DNA of 64,000 bases, taken from contig NZ_CAXIAM010000011.1 of the NCBI RefSeq assembly GCF_964021865.1, forward strand, positions 1,087 through 65,086, in the 5' to 3' direction. This document shows, piece after piece, positions 27,691 to 37,175 of the stretch (positions are counted from its first letter, which is position 1; each line of letters starts with the position of its first letter). Made by a program: the position numbers and the translations under genes. A model generated the notes under the pieces. That model did no database searches and had not been told where the DNA came from. It saw only the letters and a program-made list of their open reading frames with translations. This DNA is from an uncultured Sphingomonas sp. (GTDB taxonomy: Bacteria; Pseudomonadota; Alphaproteobacteria; Sphingomonadales; Sphingomonadaceae).

Positions 27691-29019
27691 ATGAATATGG
27701 CCACCGCTTCGTCCACGTCGCTAGAGCAGGATGCTCGCGCCCTTCATAGCAAAGGGGATCACGATGTGCGCCCCGGTGAAATCGCGATCGGCGTGATCAT
27801 CGGCCGTACCTCCGAGTTCTTCGACTTCTTCGTCTATGCGATCGCCTCGGTGCTCGTGTTCCCGGCGGTGATCTTCCCCTATATGCAGCCGATCGCCGCG
27901 ACTCTGTGGTCGTTCGCGCTCTTCCCGCTGGCATTCATCGCGCGGCCGATCGGCACGCAGATCTTCATGAAGCTCGACCGTCGCTACGGTCGCGGCACGA
28001 AGCTGACGATCGCGCTGTTCCTGCTCGGCACCTCGACGGTGCTGGTCGCGTTCCTGCCCGGCTATGCGACGATCGGCACCTCGTCGGCGGTGCTGCTGGC
28101 GCTGTTCCGGGTCGGCCAGGGGATCGCGCTGGGCGGCGCCTGGGACGGGCTGCCGTCGCTGCTCGCGCTCAACGCGCCCGAGAAGAAGCGCGGATGGTGG
28201 GCGATGGTGCCGCAGCTCGGCGCGCCGCTGGGCCTGATCGTGGCGAGCGCGCTGTTCGCCTTCTTCCTGTCGACGCTGGCACCGGAGGACTTCATCTCGT
28301 GGGGCTGGCGCTATCCGTTCTTCGTCGCCTTCGCGCTCAACGTCGTGGCGCTGTTCGCGCGGCTACGCATCGTCGTGACGCCGGAATATAGCGAGCTGTT
28401 CCACACCCGCGAGCTGACCCCGTCGCGCGTCACCGCGACCGTTAAGGCGCAGTGGCGCAACATCATCATCGGGGCGTTCGCGCCGCTGGCCAGCTTCGCG
28501 CTGTTCCATATGGTCACGGTGTTCCCGCTGTCGTGGGTGGCGCTCTACACCCGCGAGGATATCTCGACCTTCCTGATGATCGAGGTGCTGGGCGGCGTCG
28601 TCGGGCTGGGCGCGATCGTGCTGTCGGGGCTGCTTGCCGACCGGATCGGGCGGCGCAGCGTGCTGGGCTATACCGCCGCGGGCATTGCGGCCTTCAGCGG
28701 ATTCGCGCCGACGCTGCTGAACGGCGGCCGTGCGGGCGAGATCCTGTTCATGGTCATGGGCTTCCTGCTGCTCGGCCTGTCGTTCGGCCAGTCGTCGGGC
28801 GCGGTGACCAGCAACTTCCCGAAGCGCGCGCGCTACACCGGCGCGGCGCTGACGTCGGATCTGGCATGGCTGTTCGGCGCGGGCTTCGCCCCGCTGGCCG
28901 CGCTGGCGCTGACGCAGGCGTTCGGGCTGGTCGCGGCGGGCGGTTATCTTCTGTCGGGCGCGCTCGGCACGCTGATCGCGCTGGGGCTGAACGTGGAACT
29001 GGCACGCCGACTCGACTGA
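27691..29019 (+). CDS. MFS transporter
   Basis: 12 predicted TM segments. GRTSEFFDFFVYAIASVLVFP...DRRYGRGTKL resembles ProP/ShiA-like metabolite:H+ symporters. Confidence 0.88.
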   Translation: MNMATASSTSLEQDARALHSKGDHDVRPGEIAIGVIIGRTSEFFDFFVYAIASVLVFPAVIFPYMQPIAATLWSFALFPLAFIARPIGTQIFMKLDRRYGRGTKLTIALFLLGTSTVLVAFLPGYATIGTSSAVLLALFRVGQGIALGGAWDGLPSLLALNAPEKKRGWWAMVPQLGAPLGLIVASALFAFFLSTLAPEDFISWGWRYPFFVAFALNVVALFARLRIVVTPEYSELFHTRELTPSRVTATVKAQWRNIIIGAFAPLASFALFHMVTVFPLSWVALYTREDISTFLMIEVLGGVVGLGAIVLSGLLADRIGRRSVLGYTAAGIAAFSGFAPTLLNGGRAGEILFMVMGFLLLGLSFGQSSGAVTSNFPKRARYTGAALTSDLAWLFGAGFAPLAALALTQAFGLVAAGGYLLSGALGTLIALGLNVELARRLD

Positions 29020-29040
29020 GCCGCGGCGGCGTCGGCCACG

Positions 29041-29085
29041 AAAAAGGGCGGGCGCGGTGGAAGCCGCCGCCCGCCCTCTTCCTTT
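29041..29085. terminator. Bidirectional terminator-like GC hairpin (GGGCGGGCG ... CGCCCGCCC) flanked by AAAAA and TCTTCCTTT
   Basis: Stem read directly. Lies between the convergent MFS and grpE genes. Confidence 0.55.
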
Positions 29086-29089
29086 ACCC

Positions 29090-29182
29090 GTCATCCCCGC
29101 GGAGGCGGGGATCCAGACGCGCGGGTCCGTCGATGGGGTCGCAATCTCAGGGGTTCTGGATTTCCGCCTTCGCGGGGATGGC
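29090..29182. repeat. 93-bp MITE/REP-like palindromic element, copy A
   Basis: GTCATCCCCGCGGAGGCGGGGATCCAGA ... TCTGGATTTCCGCCTTCGCGGGGATGGC. Same length and termini as copies B and C. Confidence 0.8.
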
Positions 29183-29200
29183 GTATCCTTCGTCTGCCGT

Positions 29201-29752
29201 TCAATCCGGCTTCCTCGCCACACCGACCAACGCCGGGCGAAGCAGGCGATCCTTGATCATCCAGCCCGACTGCATCTCCTGCACGATCGTGCCCGGCGCG
29301 GCGTCACTCGGCACTTCCATCATTGCCTGGTGCTTGTTGGGGTCGAGCGACTGCCCCATCGCGTCGATCTTGGTCAGCCCGTGCCGGCCGAAGACGTTCG
29401 CCAGCTCGCGGCCGGTCGCCTCGAGGCCGGTGACCAGCCCCTTGAACTTCTCGTCCTCGCGCAGGCTCGCCGGGATCGCGGCCAGCGCGCGCTCCAGATT
29501 GTCGGCCACCGACAGCACGTCGCGCGCAAAGCCGGTTGCGGCATAGGCACGCGCATCGGCGGCGTCCTTCTCGGCGCGGCGGCGGACGTTCTGGATATCG
29601 GCCTGCGCATACAGCGTCTCCTGGCGTGCGGCGGCGAGCTGTTCCTCCAGCTCGGCGATCCGCGTCGCGGCGGCGTCGTGTTCCGCGACCTCGGGGGCGG
29701 CCTCGGCGGTTACTTCCCGAAGGTCGTCGGCAGGGGTGGCGTTGTCGGTCAT
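29201..29752 (-). CDS. grpE: Nucleotide exchange factor GrpE
   Basis: ...LYAQADIQNVRRRAEKD...VLSVADNLERAL...GLEATGRELANVFGRHGL...DPNKHQAM. Confidence 0.95.
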   Translation of the reverse strand: MTDNATPADDLREVTAEAAPEVAEHDAAATRIAELEEQLAAARQETLYAQADIQNVRRRAEKDAADARAYAATGFARDVLSVADNLERALAAIPASLREDEKFKGLVTGLEATGRELANVFGRHGLTKIDAMGQSLDPNKHQAMMEVPSDAAPGTIVQEMQSGWMIKDRLLRPALVGVARKPD

Positions 29753-29786
29753 ATCCGTCCTGTTCTTCTACGTCGAAAACCGCGCC

Positions 29787-30866
29787 TCACCCCAGCAAGC
29801 GGGTAAGCGTCGCGGCCGTGAAATCCACCATGGGCACGACGCGCGCGTAGTTCAACCGCGTCGGGCCGATCACGCCCACCACCCCGACCACGCGCCCGTC
29901 ACGACCGCGGAACGGCTTTGCGATCACCGAGGAGCCGCTGAGCGTGAACAATTTGTTCTCCGCGCCGATGAAGATGCGGGTGGCATCGCCCGCGCGCGCC
30001 GAGTCGAGCAGCGCCGCGACCTCCTGCTTGCCGTCGAGATCGTCGAGCAGGGCGCGCACCCGCTCCAGATCGGCGGCATCGGCATCGTCGAGCAGCCGGC
30101 CGTGCCCGCGGACGATCAGCACCGGGCGGCGTGCGCCATCCTCGCTCCACACCGCCAGCCCGCGTTCGACCAGCGCCCGCGCCGCCGCGTCGAGCGCCGA
30201 GCGCCCCTGCGACAGTTCGTGCTCCAGCCGCGCGCGCGCCTCGCCCAGCGTCAGCCCGGCAAGCGTCGCGGTCATGAAATTGCCCGCCTCGACCAACGCG
30301 CCCGGCGCGATCCCCGCGGGCAGGTCGATCACGCGATTCTCGACCGCGCCATCCTCCCCGACCAGCACCGCCAGCGCCTGCGTGGCCCCAAGCGGCACGA
30401 AGCCGATCGACCGCAGCACCGCCTCGCGCTTGGGCACCATCACCAGCCCGGCGCACGCCGACAGCCCCGACAGCGCCGCGGTGGTCGCCGCCAGCGCTTC
30501 CTCGACCGGCCCGCCGGTGCCGGCGCGCGCCTCGATCTGCTGGCGTTCCTCGTCGCTCGGCGCGTGCGCCTGCATCATGCCGTCGACGAACAGCCGCAGC
30601 CCGCGCTCCGTAGGCATCCGCCCCGCCGAGGTATGCGGCGCGGTCAGCAGCCCGGCCAGCTCGAGCTGCGCCAGCACCCCGCGGATCGAGGCGGGCGACA
30701 GGTTGAGCCCCGCCTGCGCCAGCGTGCGCGACCCGACCGGCTGCCCGCTCTCCAGATAGCCGTCGACGACGCGCCGGAAAATGTCGCGGGCGCGATCGGT
30801 CAGCTCGGCGATGGGCGGCGAACGGGTCACGCACGCAGATGTAAGCGTCTGCGCCGCGCGGCTCAA
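29787..30866 (-). CDS. hrcA: Heat-inducible transcription repressor HrcA
   Basis: LTDRARDIFRRVVDGYLESGQPVGSRTLA... A GTG start near 30830 is possible. Confidence 0.92.
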   Translation of the reverse strand: MSRAAQTLTSACVTRSPPIAELTDRARDIFRRVVDGYLESGQPVGSRTLAQAGLNLSPASIRGVLAQLELAGLLTAPHTSAGRMPTERGLRLFVDGMMQAHAPSDEERQQIEARAGTGGPVEEALAATTAALSGLSACAGLVMVPKREAVLRSIGFVPLGATQALAVLVGEDGAVENRVIDLPAGIAPGALVEAGNFMTATLAGLTLGEARARLEHELSQGRSALDAAARALVERGLAVWSEDGARRPVLIVRGHGRLLDDADAADLERVRALLDDLDGKQEVAALLDSARAGDATRIFIGAENKLFTLSGSSVIAKPFRGRDGRVVGVVGVIGPTRLNYARVVPMVDFTAATLTRLLG

Positions 30867-30930
30867 CCGCGGGTGCCTTCATCTTTCCGCAACCTGCCGG
30901 GCGCTACGAAGATGTCGAGGAAGATCAACA

Positions 30931-31281
30931 ATGTACGACGTTTCGTTCGATCACGACACGCAATTGCTGGCGATCCGCTGGCACCGAATCTTCACGCCTG
31001 ACGAGGTGGTCACCTACACGCGCGACGTCATGCGCCAGTTCCTCGCCGCGCATTTCCGTCCCGGCTATTGCCTGCTGATCGACATGAGCGCGTGCGGCCC
31101 GCAACCGCAGGAGACGCTGGCGGCATTGGCGCAACATATGGGCCCGTTCCCGAAGGCGAGCCGCATCGCGATCGTCGCGGTCAGCGCCGTGCTGCGCGCG
31201 CAGGTGCGCCGCGTCATGACGCAGCCGTATCTGCAATTGTTCGATGACCCTGCGGCGGCGCGGGCGTGGGTGGTCGAATAA
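30931..31281 (+). CDS. Hypothetical protein (116 aa; possibly a STAS/SpoIIAA-like fold, a guess)
   Basis: ATG at 30931. GC3-rich. No motif I can name with certainty. Confidence 0.55.
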   Translation: MYDVSFDHDTQLLAIRWHRIFTPDEVVTYTRDVMRQFLAAHFRPGYCLLIDMSACGPQPQETLAALAQHMGPFPKASRIAIVAVSAVLRAQVRRVMTQPYLQLFDDPAAARAWVVE

Positions 31282-31345
31282 GCGACCTTGCCGCACGCCG
31301 TCAGCGCTTTATGCGAAAACCGGCGACGCGCCCACGCTCCTCCCC

Positions 31346-31438
31346 GTCATTCCCGCGAAGGCGGGAATCCAGAACCTCGGATCTCGCGCCTCTATCGAGA
31401 AGCCTGCGCGTCTGGATCCCCGCCTCCGCGGGGATGAC
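31346..31438. repeat. 93-bp MITE/REP-like palindromic element, copy B
   Basis: GTCATTCCCGCGAAGGCGGGAATCCAGAAC ... GTCTGGATCCCCGCCTCCGCGGGGATGAC. Confidence 0.8.
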
Positions 31439-31484
31439 GGCAGCGGCGAGCGGGGTGACAGACGCGCAATGCCAACTCAGCGCA

Positions 31485-31970
31485 TCACCGCTTGCCCACG
31501 AACCCCGCGATCGGCAGCAACGACGGCGCCTGCCTTAACGCCTCCGCCATCGCCGCCTTGCCGACCCGGCACCCGTAATAGAAATGCAGATGCCCTGCCC
31601 CGCCGCTTGCCAGCGCCCAGTTCACGTCGACGCTCGGCATGTCGGTCGGCGCGGGGCCGCAATCGGGTGAGCCCATCTCCACCCGCCGTTCGCCATCGGG
31701 TCGATACGGTTCGAGCGCGGCGGCGAAGCGGCGGTAATCGTCCGGCGTCACCCGGAACGCGCGGCTGCCCGACACCGCAGTGAAGCGCTCGCCCTCGAAC
31801 GTGCCCGTGCCGTCGGCGCGGACCGTCACCTTGTACACCGGGCAGGTCCCATAGCACGGTCCCGTCGCATAGCTGATCGAATCGCCCTCGATCGCCACCG
31901 GGCGCGATCGCAGTTCGACCGGCGTACACCCCGCCGCCAGGACCGCCACCATCGCCATCATCACCCGCAT
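31485..31970 (-). CDS. DUF6438-like lipoprotein
   Basis: Lipobox VLAAGC. YATGPCYGTCPVYKVTVRADGTGTFEGERF is typical of DUF6438 (recognised from memory). Confidence 0.72.
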   Translation of the reverse strand: MRVMMAMVAVLAAGCTPVELRSRPVAIEGDSISYATGPCYGTCPVYKVTVRADGTGTFEGERFTAVSGSRAFRVTPDDYRRFAAALEPYRPDGERRVEMGSPDCGPAPTDMPSVDVNWALASGGAGHLHFYYGCRVGKAAMAEALRQAPSLLPIAGFVGKR

Positions 31971-32048
31971 CGCATCCTCCCGTTAGCCGCTGGCGCCGCC
32001 GCACCAACCCCGCTAGGGCGTGCGCGATCCGACCTTGAGGAGAGTTGA

Positions 32049-32762
32049 ATGCGCCCCAGCGGCCGCACCCCCGACCAGATGCGCCCGATCACGATCGAGC
32101 CGCGCTTCACCCGCCACGCCGAAGGCTCTGTGCTGATCGGCTTCGGCGATACCAAGGTGCTGGTCACCGCCTCGGTCGAGGAGCGCGTGCCGCCGTTCCT
32201 GCGCGGCAAGGGTCAGGGCTGGGTCACCGCCGAATACGGGATGCTCCCGCGCGCCACGCACACTCGCGGCAGCCGCGAGGCCGCCAAGGGCAAGCAATCG
32301 GGGCGCACGCAGGAGATCCAGCGGCTGATCGGGCGCAGCTTGCGCGCGGTCACCGACATGACGCTACTCGGCGAGCGGCAGCTCACGCTCGACTGCGACG
32401 TGATCCAGGCCGATGGCGGCACGCGCACCGCCTCGATCTCGGGCGCGTGGGTCGCGCTGCGGCTGGCGGTCGACGGGCTGCTCGCCTCGGGCAAGCTGAC
32501 CGCCGACCCGATCAAGCAGAAGATCGCTGCGGTGTCGTGCGGCATCTATCAGGGCAATCCGGTGCTCGACCTCGATTACGACGAGGATTCGAACGCCGAT
32601 GCCGATGCCAACTTCGTGCTGCTCGAGAACGGCCACATCGCCGAGGCGCAGGCCACCGCCGAGCACGCCACCTATGACGAGGAAGCGCTGCTGCGCCTGC
32701 TCCGCCTCGCGCGGATCGGCTGCAACGAGATCTTCGCGGCACAGGCACGCGCCGTCGCATGA
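32049..32762 (+). CDS. rph: Ribonuclease PH
   Basis: [38 protein letters not shown]... Confidence 0.96.
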   Translation: MRPSGRTPDQMRPITIEPRFTRHAEGSVLIGFGDTKVLVTASVEERVPPFLRGKGQGWVTAEYGMLPRATHTRGSREAAKGKQSGRTQEIQRLIGRSLRAVTDMTLLGERQLTLDCDVIQADGGTRTASISGAWVALRLAVDGLLASGKLTADPIKQKIAAVSCGIYQGNPVLDLDYDEDSNADADANFVLLENGHIAEAQATAEHATYDEEALLRLLRLARIGCNEIFAAQARAVA

Positions 32763-33385
32763 GCGGGGAAGGCAAGGAGCCGCAGGCGATCCGCAAGCTT
32801 CAGCCCGGCAAGCTGGTGATCGCCAGCCATAACGCCGGCAAGGTGCGCGAGATCGCGGCGCTGCTCGAAGGCCGCGGGCTCGACGTCGTCTCGGCGGGCG
32901 CGCTCGATCTGCCCGAGCCCGAGGAAACCGGCACCACTTTCGTGATGAATGCCGAGCTGAAGGCGCGCGCCGCAGCGGACCTCTCCGGCCTGCCCGCGCT
33001 CGCCGACGACAGCGGGCTGTGCGTCGACGCGCTCGGCGGCGATCCCGGCATCTTCTCGGCGCGCTGGGGCGGGCCGGACAAGGACTTCGGGCACGCGATG
33101 CGGTTGGTCGAGGACAAGCTCGCCGAGACGCCGGACGCGCCGCGCGACGCGCATTTCGTCTGCGCGCTGGCGCTGGCGTGGCCCGACGGGCACGTCGAAT
33201 GGTTCGAGGGACGCGTCGACGGCACGCTCGTTTGGCCACCGCGGGGCGACAAGGGGCACGGCTACGACCCGGTGTTCCAGCCGGTCGGGCATGACGTGAC
33301 CTTCGGCGAGATGGACGAACCTGCCAAGAACGAAATCAGCCACCGCGGGGATGCGTTCCGGCAAATGGTCGCGGCGGTCTTCTGA
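32759..33385 (+). CDS. rdgB: Non-canonical purine NTP pyrophosphatase RdgB/HAM1
   Basis: [14 protein letters not shown]...FGYDPVF...EMD..KN.ISHR. Start overlaps the rph stop. Confidence 0.93.
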   Translation: MSGEGKEPQAIRKLQPGKLVIASHNAGKVREIAALLEGRGLDVVSAGALDLPEPEETGTTFVMNAELKARAAADLSGLPALADDSGLCVDALGGDPGIFSARWGGPDKDFGHAMRLVEDKLAETPDAPRDAHFVCALALAWPDGHVEWFEGRVDGTLVWPPRGDKGHGYDPVFQPVGHDVTFGEMDEPAKNEISHRGDAFRQMVAAVF

Positions 33386-33407
33386 CGTCGGCCTTGTCGC
33401 CAAGACC

Positions 33408-33500
33408 GTCATTCCCGCGCAGGCGGGAATCCAGAACCGCTGACGCTGGTGGCTCCTGCAAGAACCTGCGCGTCTGGATTCCCGCCTCCGCGGGAATGAC
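33408..33500. repeat. 93-bp MITE/REP-like palindromic element, copy C
   Basis: GTCATTCCCGCGCAGGCGGGAATCCAGAAC ... GTCTGGATTCCCGCCTCCGCGGGAATGAC. Confidence 0.8.
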
Positions 33501-33505
33501 GGGGC

Positions 33506-34063
33506 TCAATACGCCCGCCGCCCCGCCAGTTCGCCACCCGGATTGTAGCGGCAGACGAGGAAATCCTGCGTCTGCCCGCTCTCCATCGCGCATCCGACCT
33601 CGGTGGTCGTGCGCCAGACGATCTGCGCGTAGTGCGCCGCATCCTGCCAGCGCCCGGTGCGGCTGAAACCAGGGCTGGGGCGGTTGCGGAAATGGCGGCG
33701 CTCGTCGAGCCAGTACCGCACCATCTCGCCATAATCATAGCCGCCGCGCGTGCCCGCGAACAGATTCTCGCCCTGCCATCCATCGCCGCCGGGTTGCTCG
33801 GCGTGGAAAAGCTGCCCGGCGCGGGCCAGCGCTTCGGCATGACGCGCCGCCGCCGCCGCCAGCGTCACGCTCCACCGCAAGGGCGCGAGCCCGACCGCGC
33901 TTCGCTCACGATTGTGGGCTTCGAGCACCGCGCGCTGGAGCAGCAATCCGTCGCGCGCCGCCCCCACGCGGTTCATGCGCCATTCAACCCCGGCGGCCGA
34001 GGCGGGCGCGGCGAGAATCAGGGCGAGCAGCAACGCGGCGGACCGGACAAGCATCGCCGCCAT
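33506..34063 (-). CDS. CAP (SCP/PR1-like) domain secreted protein
   Basis: Signal peptide. LEAHNRERSAVGLAPLRWS...GENL...HYAQIVWRTTTEVGCA. Confidence 0.8.
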   Translation of the reverse strand: MAAMLVRSAALLLALILAAPASAAGVEWRMNRVGAARDGLLLQRAVLEAHNRERSAVGLAPLRWSVTLAAAAARHAEALARAGQLFHAEQPGGDGWQGENLFAGTRGGYDYGEMVRYWLDERRHFRNRPSPGFSRTGRWQDAAHYAQIVWRTTTEVGCAMESGQTQDFLVCRYNPGGELAGRRAY

Positions 34064-34144
34064 GGATGCCCAAATCGTTACGATACCGCAACGTTATTCT
34101 CCTCCTTCGCGCCGACGGTGGCGTTTGCTGCGACGAACCGCCAT

Positions 34145-35350
34145 ATGCGCGCGATCATGGGCATGATCGACCTCGTTTCCCCCGACGCCGCGGCGGCGCA
34201 GGATCGCGCCGCGCGTGCCGCCGCGCCGCTGGCGCTGTATATCCACTGGCCGTTCTGCGTCTCGAAATGCCCCTATTGCGACTTCAACAGCCATGTTCGC
34301 GCCACCGTCGACGAGGCGGAGTGGCACGACGCCTTGCTCGCCGATCTCGCGCACGAGGCGGCGTTGCTGCCCGGACGACGGCTGGGCTCGATCTTCTTCG
34401 GCGGCGGCACCCCCTCGCTGATGCCGCCCGCCACCGTCGCCGCGCTGATCGAGGCCGCGACCCGCGCCTGGACGCCGCTAGGCGATGTCGAGATCACGCT
34501 GGAGGCGAACCCGTCGTCGGTCGAGGCGGCGCGTTTCGCCGATCTCGCGCGCGCGGGGGTCAATCGCGTGTCGCTTGGGCTACAGGCGCTCGACGACGAA
34601 GCGCTGCATTTTCTTGGCCGCGCGCATGGCATCGACGAGGGTCTCGGCGCGCTCGCCGTGGCGCAGCGCCACTTCGCGCGCGTCAGCTTCGACCTGATCT
34701 ATGCGCGCCCCGGCCAGTCGCCCGACGCATGGGACGCCGAGCTGGCGCGCGCGCTGGCGTTCGGCACCGAGCATCTGTCGCTCTATCAGCTGACGATCGA
34801 GCCCGGCACGCGCTTCGCCACCGAGGCGGCGGCGGGGCGGCTGACGATCCCCGATGGCGACAGCGCCGCCGATCTGTTCGAACTGACCCGCGCACGCACC
34901 GCGGCCGCGGGCCTGCCCGCCTATGAGATTTCGAATCACGCCCGGCCGGGCGCGGAGAGCCGCCACAATCTCGCTTACTGGCGCTACCGCGATTACGCCG
35001 GGATCGGCCCCGGCGCGCATGGCCGGCGCGATCACCTCGCGACCTTCCGCCGCAAGAAGCCCGAGAACTGGCTCGCCGCGGTGGCGCGCAACGGTCACGG
35101 GCTGGAAAGCGAGGAGCCGCTGGACGCCCCGACCCGCGTCAGCGAGGCGTTGCTGATGGGGCTGCGGCTCCGCGAAGGCGTCGATGTGGCGGCGATCGCG
35201 GCGGCGGGCGGGATGCGCGTCGAGGACATCGTCGACCTCGATGCGATCGCCGCGCTGCCCGATCTGATCGTCCGCGAGGGCGCGCGCCTGCGGGTCACCG
35301 AATCGGGTATGATCCTGCTCGACGCGATCTTGCCGAAGGTGGTGCGTTAA
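34145..35350 (+). CDS. hemW: Radical SAM heme chaperone HemW (HemN-like)
   Basis: LYIHWPFCVSKCPYCDFNS (CxxxCxxC)...GGGTPS. Starts at 34145, 34157 and 34163 are all in frame. Confidence 0.9.
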   Translation: MRAIMGMIDLVSPDAAAAQDRAARAAAPLALYIHWPFCVSKCPYCDFNSHVRATVDEAEWHDALLADLAHEAALLPGRRLGSIFFGGGTPSLMPPATVAALIEAATRAWTPLGDVEITLEANPSSVEAARFADLARAGVNRVSLGLQALDDEALHFLGRAHGIDEGLGALAVAQRHFARVSFDLIYARPGQSPDAWDAELARALAFGTEHLSLYQLTIEPGTRFATEAAAGRLTIPDGDSAADLFELTRARTAAAGLPAYEISNHARPGAESRHNLAYWRYRDYAGIGPGAHGRRDHLATFRRKKPENWLAAVARNGHGLESEEPLDAPTRVSEALLMGLRLREGVDVAAIAAAGGMRVEDIVDLDAIAALPDLIVREGARLRVTESGMILLDAILPKVVR

Positions 35351-35357
35351 GGATCGA

Positions 35358-35492
35358 CACCACCCATTCCGTTCGTGCTGAGGAGGCATTGAGCGAAGTC
35401 GAAATGCCATCTCGAAGCACGCTTGTTGCGCGCACCCTTCGAGACAAGGCTTCGACAAGCTCAGCCTTTCCTCAGGGCGAACGGAGGTGGTG
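35358..35492. repeat. 135-bp palindromic repeat element (CACCACCCATTCCGTTCGTGCTGAGG ... CCTCAGGGCGAACGGAGGTGGTG)
   Basis: Terminal inverted repeats read directly. Lies at the convergent hemW / oxidoreductase junction. Confidence 0.65.
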
Positions 35493-35505
35493 CAAGACGA
35501 GCGGT

Positions 35506-36666
35506 TTACCCCGCCAGCCCGCTCCACTTCTGATCGGACCCGGCGTTGGCGACCACCGCCTCGACGAACGCCATCGTCCGCACGCCGTCGCCGGACCCGG
35601 GGAACCACGCCGCCGCGCCGCGCTCGGCGACGGTATCGCCGCCGCGGATCGTCGCCGCGACCGCGCGATAGATGTTCGCGAACGCCTCGATATAGCCTTC
35701 GGGGTGCCCGGCCGGCGTACGGATGCGTCCCAGCGTCGTCTCGGCCAGCCCCGGGCCGCCGGTGCGCACGATCTCGCCCGGCTTGTCGAGCCAGCGCAGC
35801 GTCAGCGTATTGGGCTCCATCTGTGCCCAGTCGAGCCCGCCCTTCTCGCCGTGGATGCGCAGCCGCAGGCCGTTCTCGTCGCCCGCCGCGACCTGCGTCG
35901 CCTTCAGCACGCCGCGCGCACCGCCCGCGAAGCGCAGCAGCACGCTGACGTCGTCGTCGAGCCGCCGCCCCGGCACGTGCGTCGTCAGGTCGGCGCACAG
36001 CGACTCGACGTGCAACCCGCTGACATGCTCGGCCAACTGGAACGCGTGCGTCCCGATATCGCCGAGGCATCCGCCCAGCCCGGCGCGCGCCGGGTCGGTG
36101 CGCCACTCGGCCTGGCGGTTGCCCTCGCGGTCCAGCGCGCTGCTCAGCCAGCCTTGCGAATATTCGACCTGCACCAGCCGGATCGCGCCGAAGTCGCCGC
36201 GCGCCACCCGCGCGCGCGCTTCCTCGACCATCGGATAGCCGCTGTAGGTGAAGGCCAGCGCATAATGCCGCCCGCTCCGCTCGGCCGCGGCGGCGATCGC
36301 CTGCGCTTCGTCCAGGTTCAGCGACATCGGCTTTTCGCAGATGACGTGGAAGCCGGCGTCGAGCGCGGCGATCGACATCGGCGCATGGAGGTGATTCGGT
36401 GTCACGATCGCTACCGCGTCGATCCGTTCGCCCTCCGGCAGCGCACGCTCGGCCGAAAGCATGTCATCAATCGACGCATAGACGCGCACCGGATCGAGCC
36501 CAAGCAGCTCCCCGGTGCGACCGTTGCGTCCCGCATCGCTGCTGAACGCGCCGGCCACCAGCCGCCAGTCGCCGTCGATGCCCGCCGCCATCCGGTGGAC
36601 CGCGCCGATGAACGCGCCCTCGCCGCCGCCGATCATCCCAAGCTTAAGTGGTTCAATCCGCGCCAT
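35506..36666 (-). CDS. Gfo/Idh/MocA family oxidoreductase (cytoplasmic)
   Basis: LGMIGGGEGAFIGAVH Rossmann N-terminus and ICEKP motif. No signal peptide. Confidence 0.9.
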   Translation of the reverse strand: MARIEPLKLGMIGGGEGAFIGAVHRMAAGIDGDWRLVAGAFSSDAGRNGRTGELLGLDPVRVYASIDDMLSAERALPEGERIDAVAIVTPNHLHAPMSIAALDAGFHVICEKPMSLNLDEAQAIAAAAERSGRHYALAFTYSGYPMVEEARARVARGDFGAIRLVQVEYSQGWLSSALDREGNRQAEWRTDPARAGLGGCLGDIGTHAFQLAEHVSGLHVESLCADLTTHVPGRRLDDDVSVLLRFAGGARGVLKATQVAAGDENGLRLRIHGEKGGLDWAQMEPNTLTLRWLDKPGEIVRTGGPGLAETTLGRIRTPAGHPEGYIEAFANIYRAVAATIRGGDTVAERGAAAWFPGSGDGVRTMAFVEAVVANAGSDQKWSGLAG

Positions 36667-36730
36667 TCATCCTCCCGTCATTCGCATACCGTCATTACGA
36701 AGACCGTAACGTCAGCCGCCTTGCTATCGC

Positions 36731-36750
36731 CCGGTTTAGCGGTAAACTGG
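36731..36750. promoter_or_regulatory. 20-bp imperfect palindrome CCGGTTTAGC.GGTAAACTGG (8 of 10 positions pair), a candidate LacI-family operator
   Basis: Lies in the divergent promoter region between the oxidoreductase and the cytochrome c operon. A LacI regulator is encoded at the operon end. Confidence 0.3.
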
Positions 36751-36794
36751 CGGCAAGCAAATTGGCTTTGCCTAACTGGGTTTGGAGAGATGCG

Positions 36795-37175
36795 ATGAAA
36801 TTGATCGCCGGGCTAGTCGCCGCCCCGATCGTCGCCGTGACTGCGCTTGCGGTTTCGGCCCCTGCGCCGGCACAGCAGAACGGGCAGCAGGCCTTCGCCG
36901 CGTGCAAGGCGTGCCACACGCTCCACAAGGGTGAACGCAACGGCATCGGGCCGAACCTCGCCGGGCTGTTCACGCGCGCCCCGGCCTCCGCGCCGGGCTT
37001 CAATTATTCGGCCGCGTTCAAGAAGGCGCAGCTGAAGTGGAACGACGCGTCGCTCAATGAATATCTCGCCGCGCCGCAGAAGAAGGTGCCGGGGACGCGG
37101 ATGCCGATCTCCACCCCCGATCCCGCCAAGCGCGCCGCGATCATCGCCTATCTGAAGTCCGAGACCGCCAAGTGA
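36795..37175 (+). CDS. Monoheme c-type cytochrome (c2/c550-like), Sec-exported
   Basis: Signal peptide, CKACH heme site and distal TRMP Met ligand. GGAGAG RBS. Confidence 0.88.
   Translation: MKLIAGLVAAPIVAVTALAVSAPAPAQQNGQQAFAACKACHTLHKGERNGIGPNLAGLFTRAPASAPGFNYSAAFKKAQLKWNDASLNEYLAAPQKKVPGTRMPISTPDPAKRAAIIAYLKSETAK

Noticed and set aside
29057-29806. ORFs reading through the palindromic elements (peptides such as PVIPAEAGIQ, LRGDDG; also 31244-31783, 33336-33593, 33394-33666)
   Set aside because: The conserved peptide is produced by a repeated DNA hairpin in several frames and on both strands. The remaining ORF sequence is antisense to real genes.
30867-30930. RpoH (sigma32) promoter upstream of hrcA
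   Set aside because: I could not find a convincing CTTG-N17-CCTATNT-type match by eye. The call is left open rather than made.
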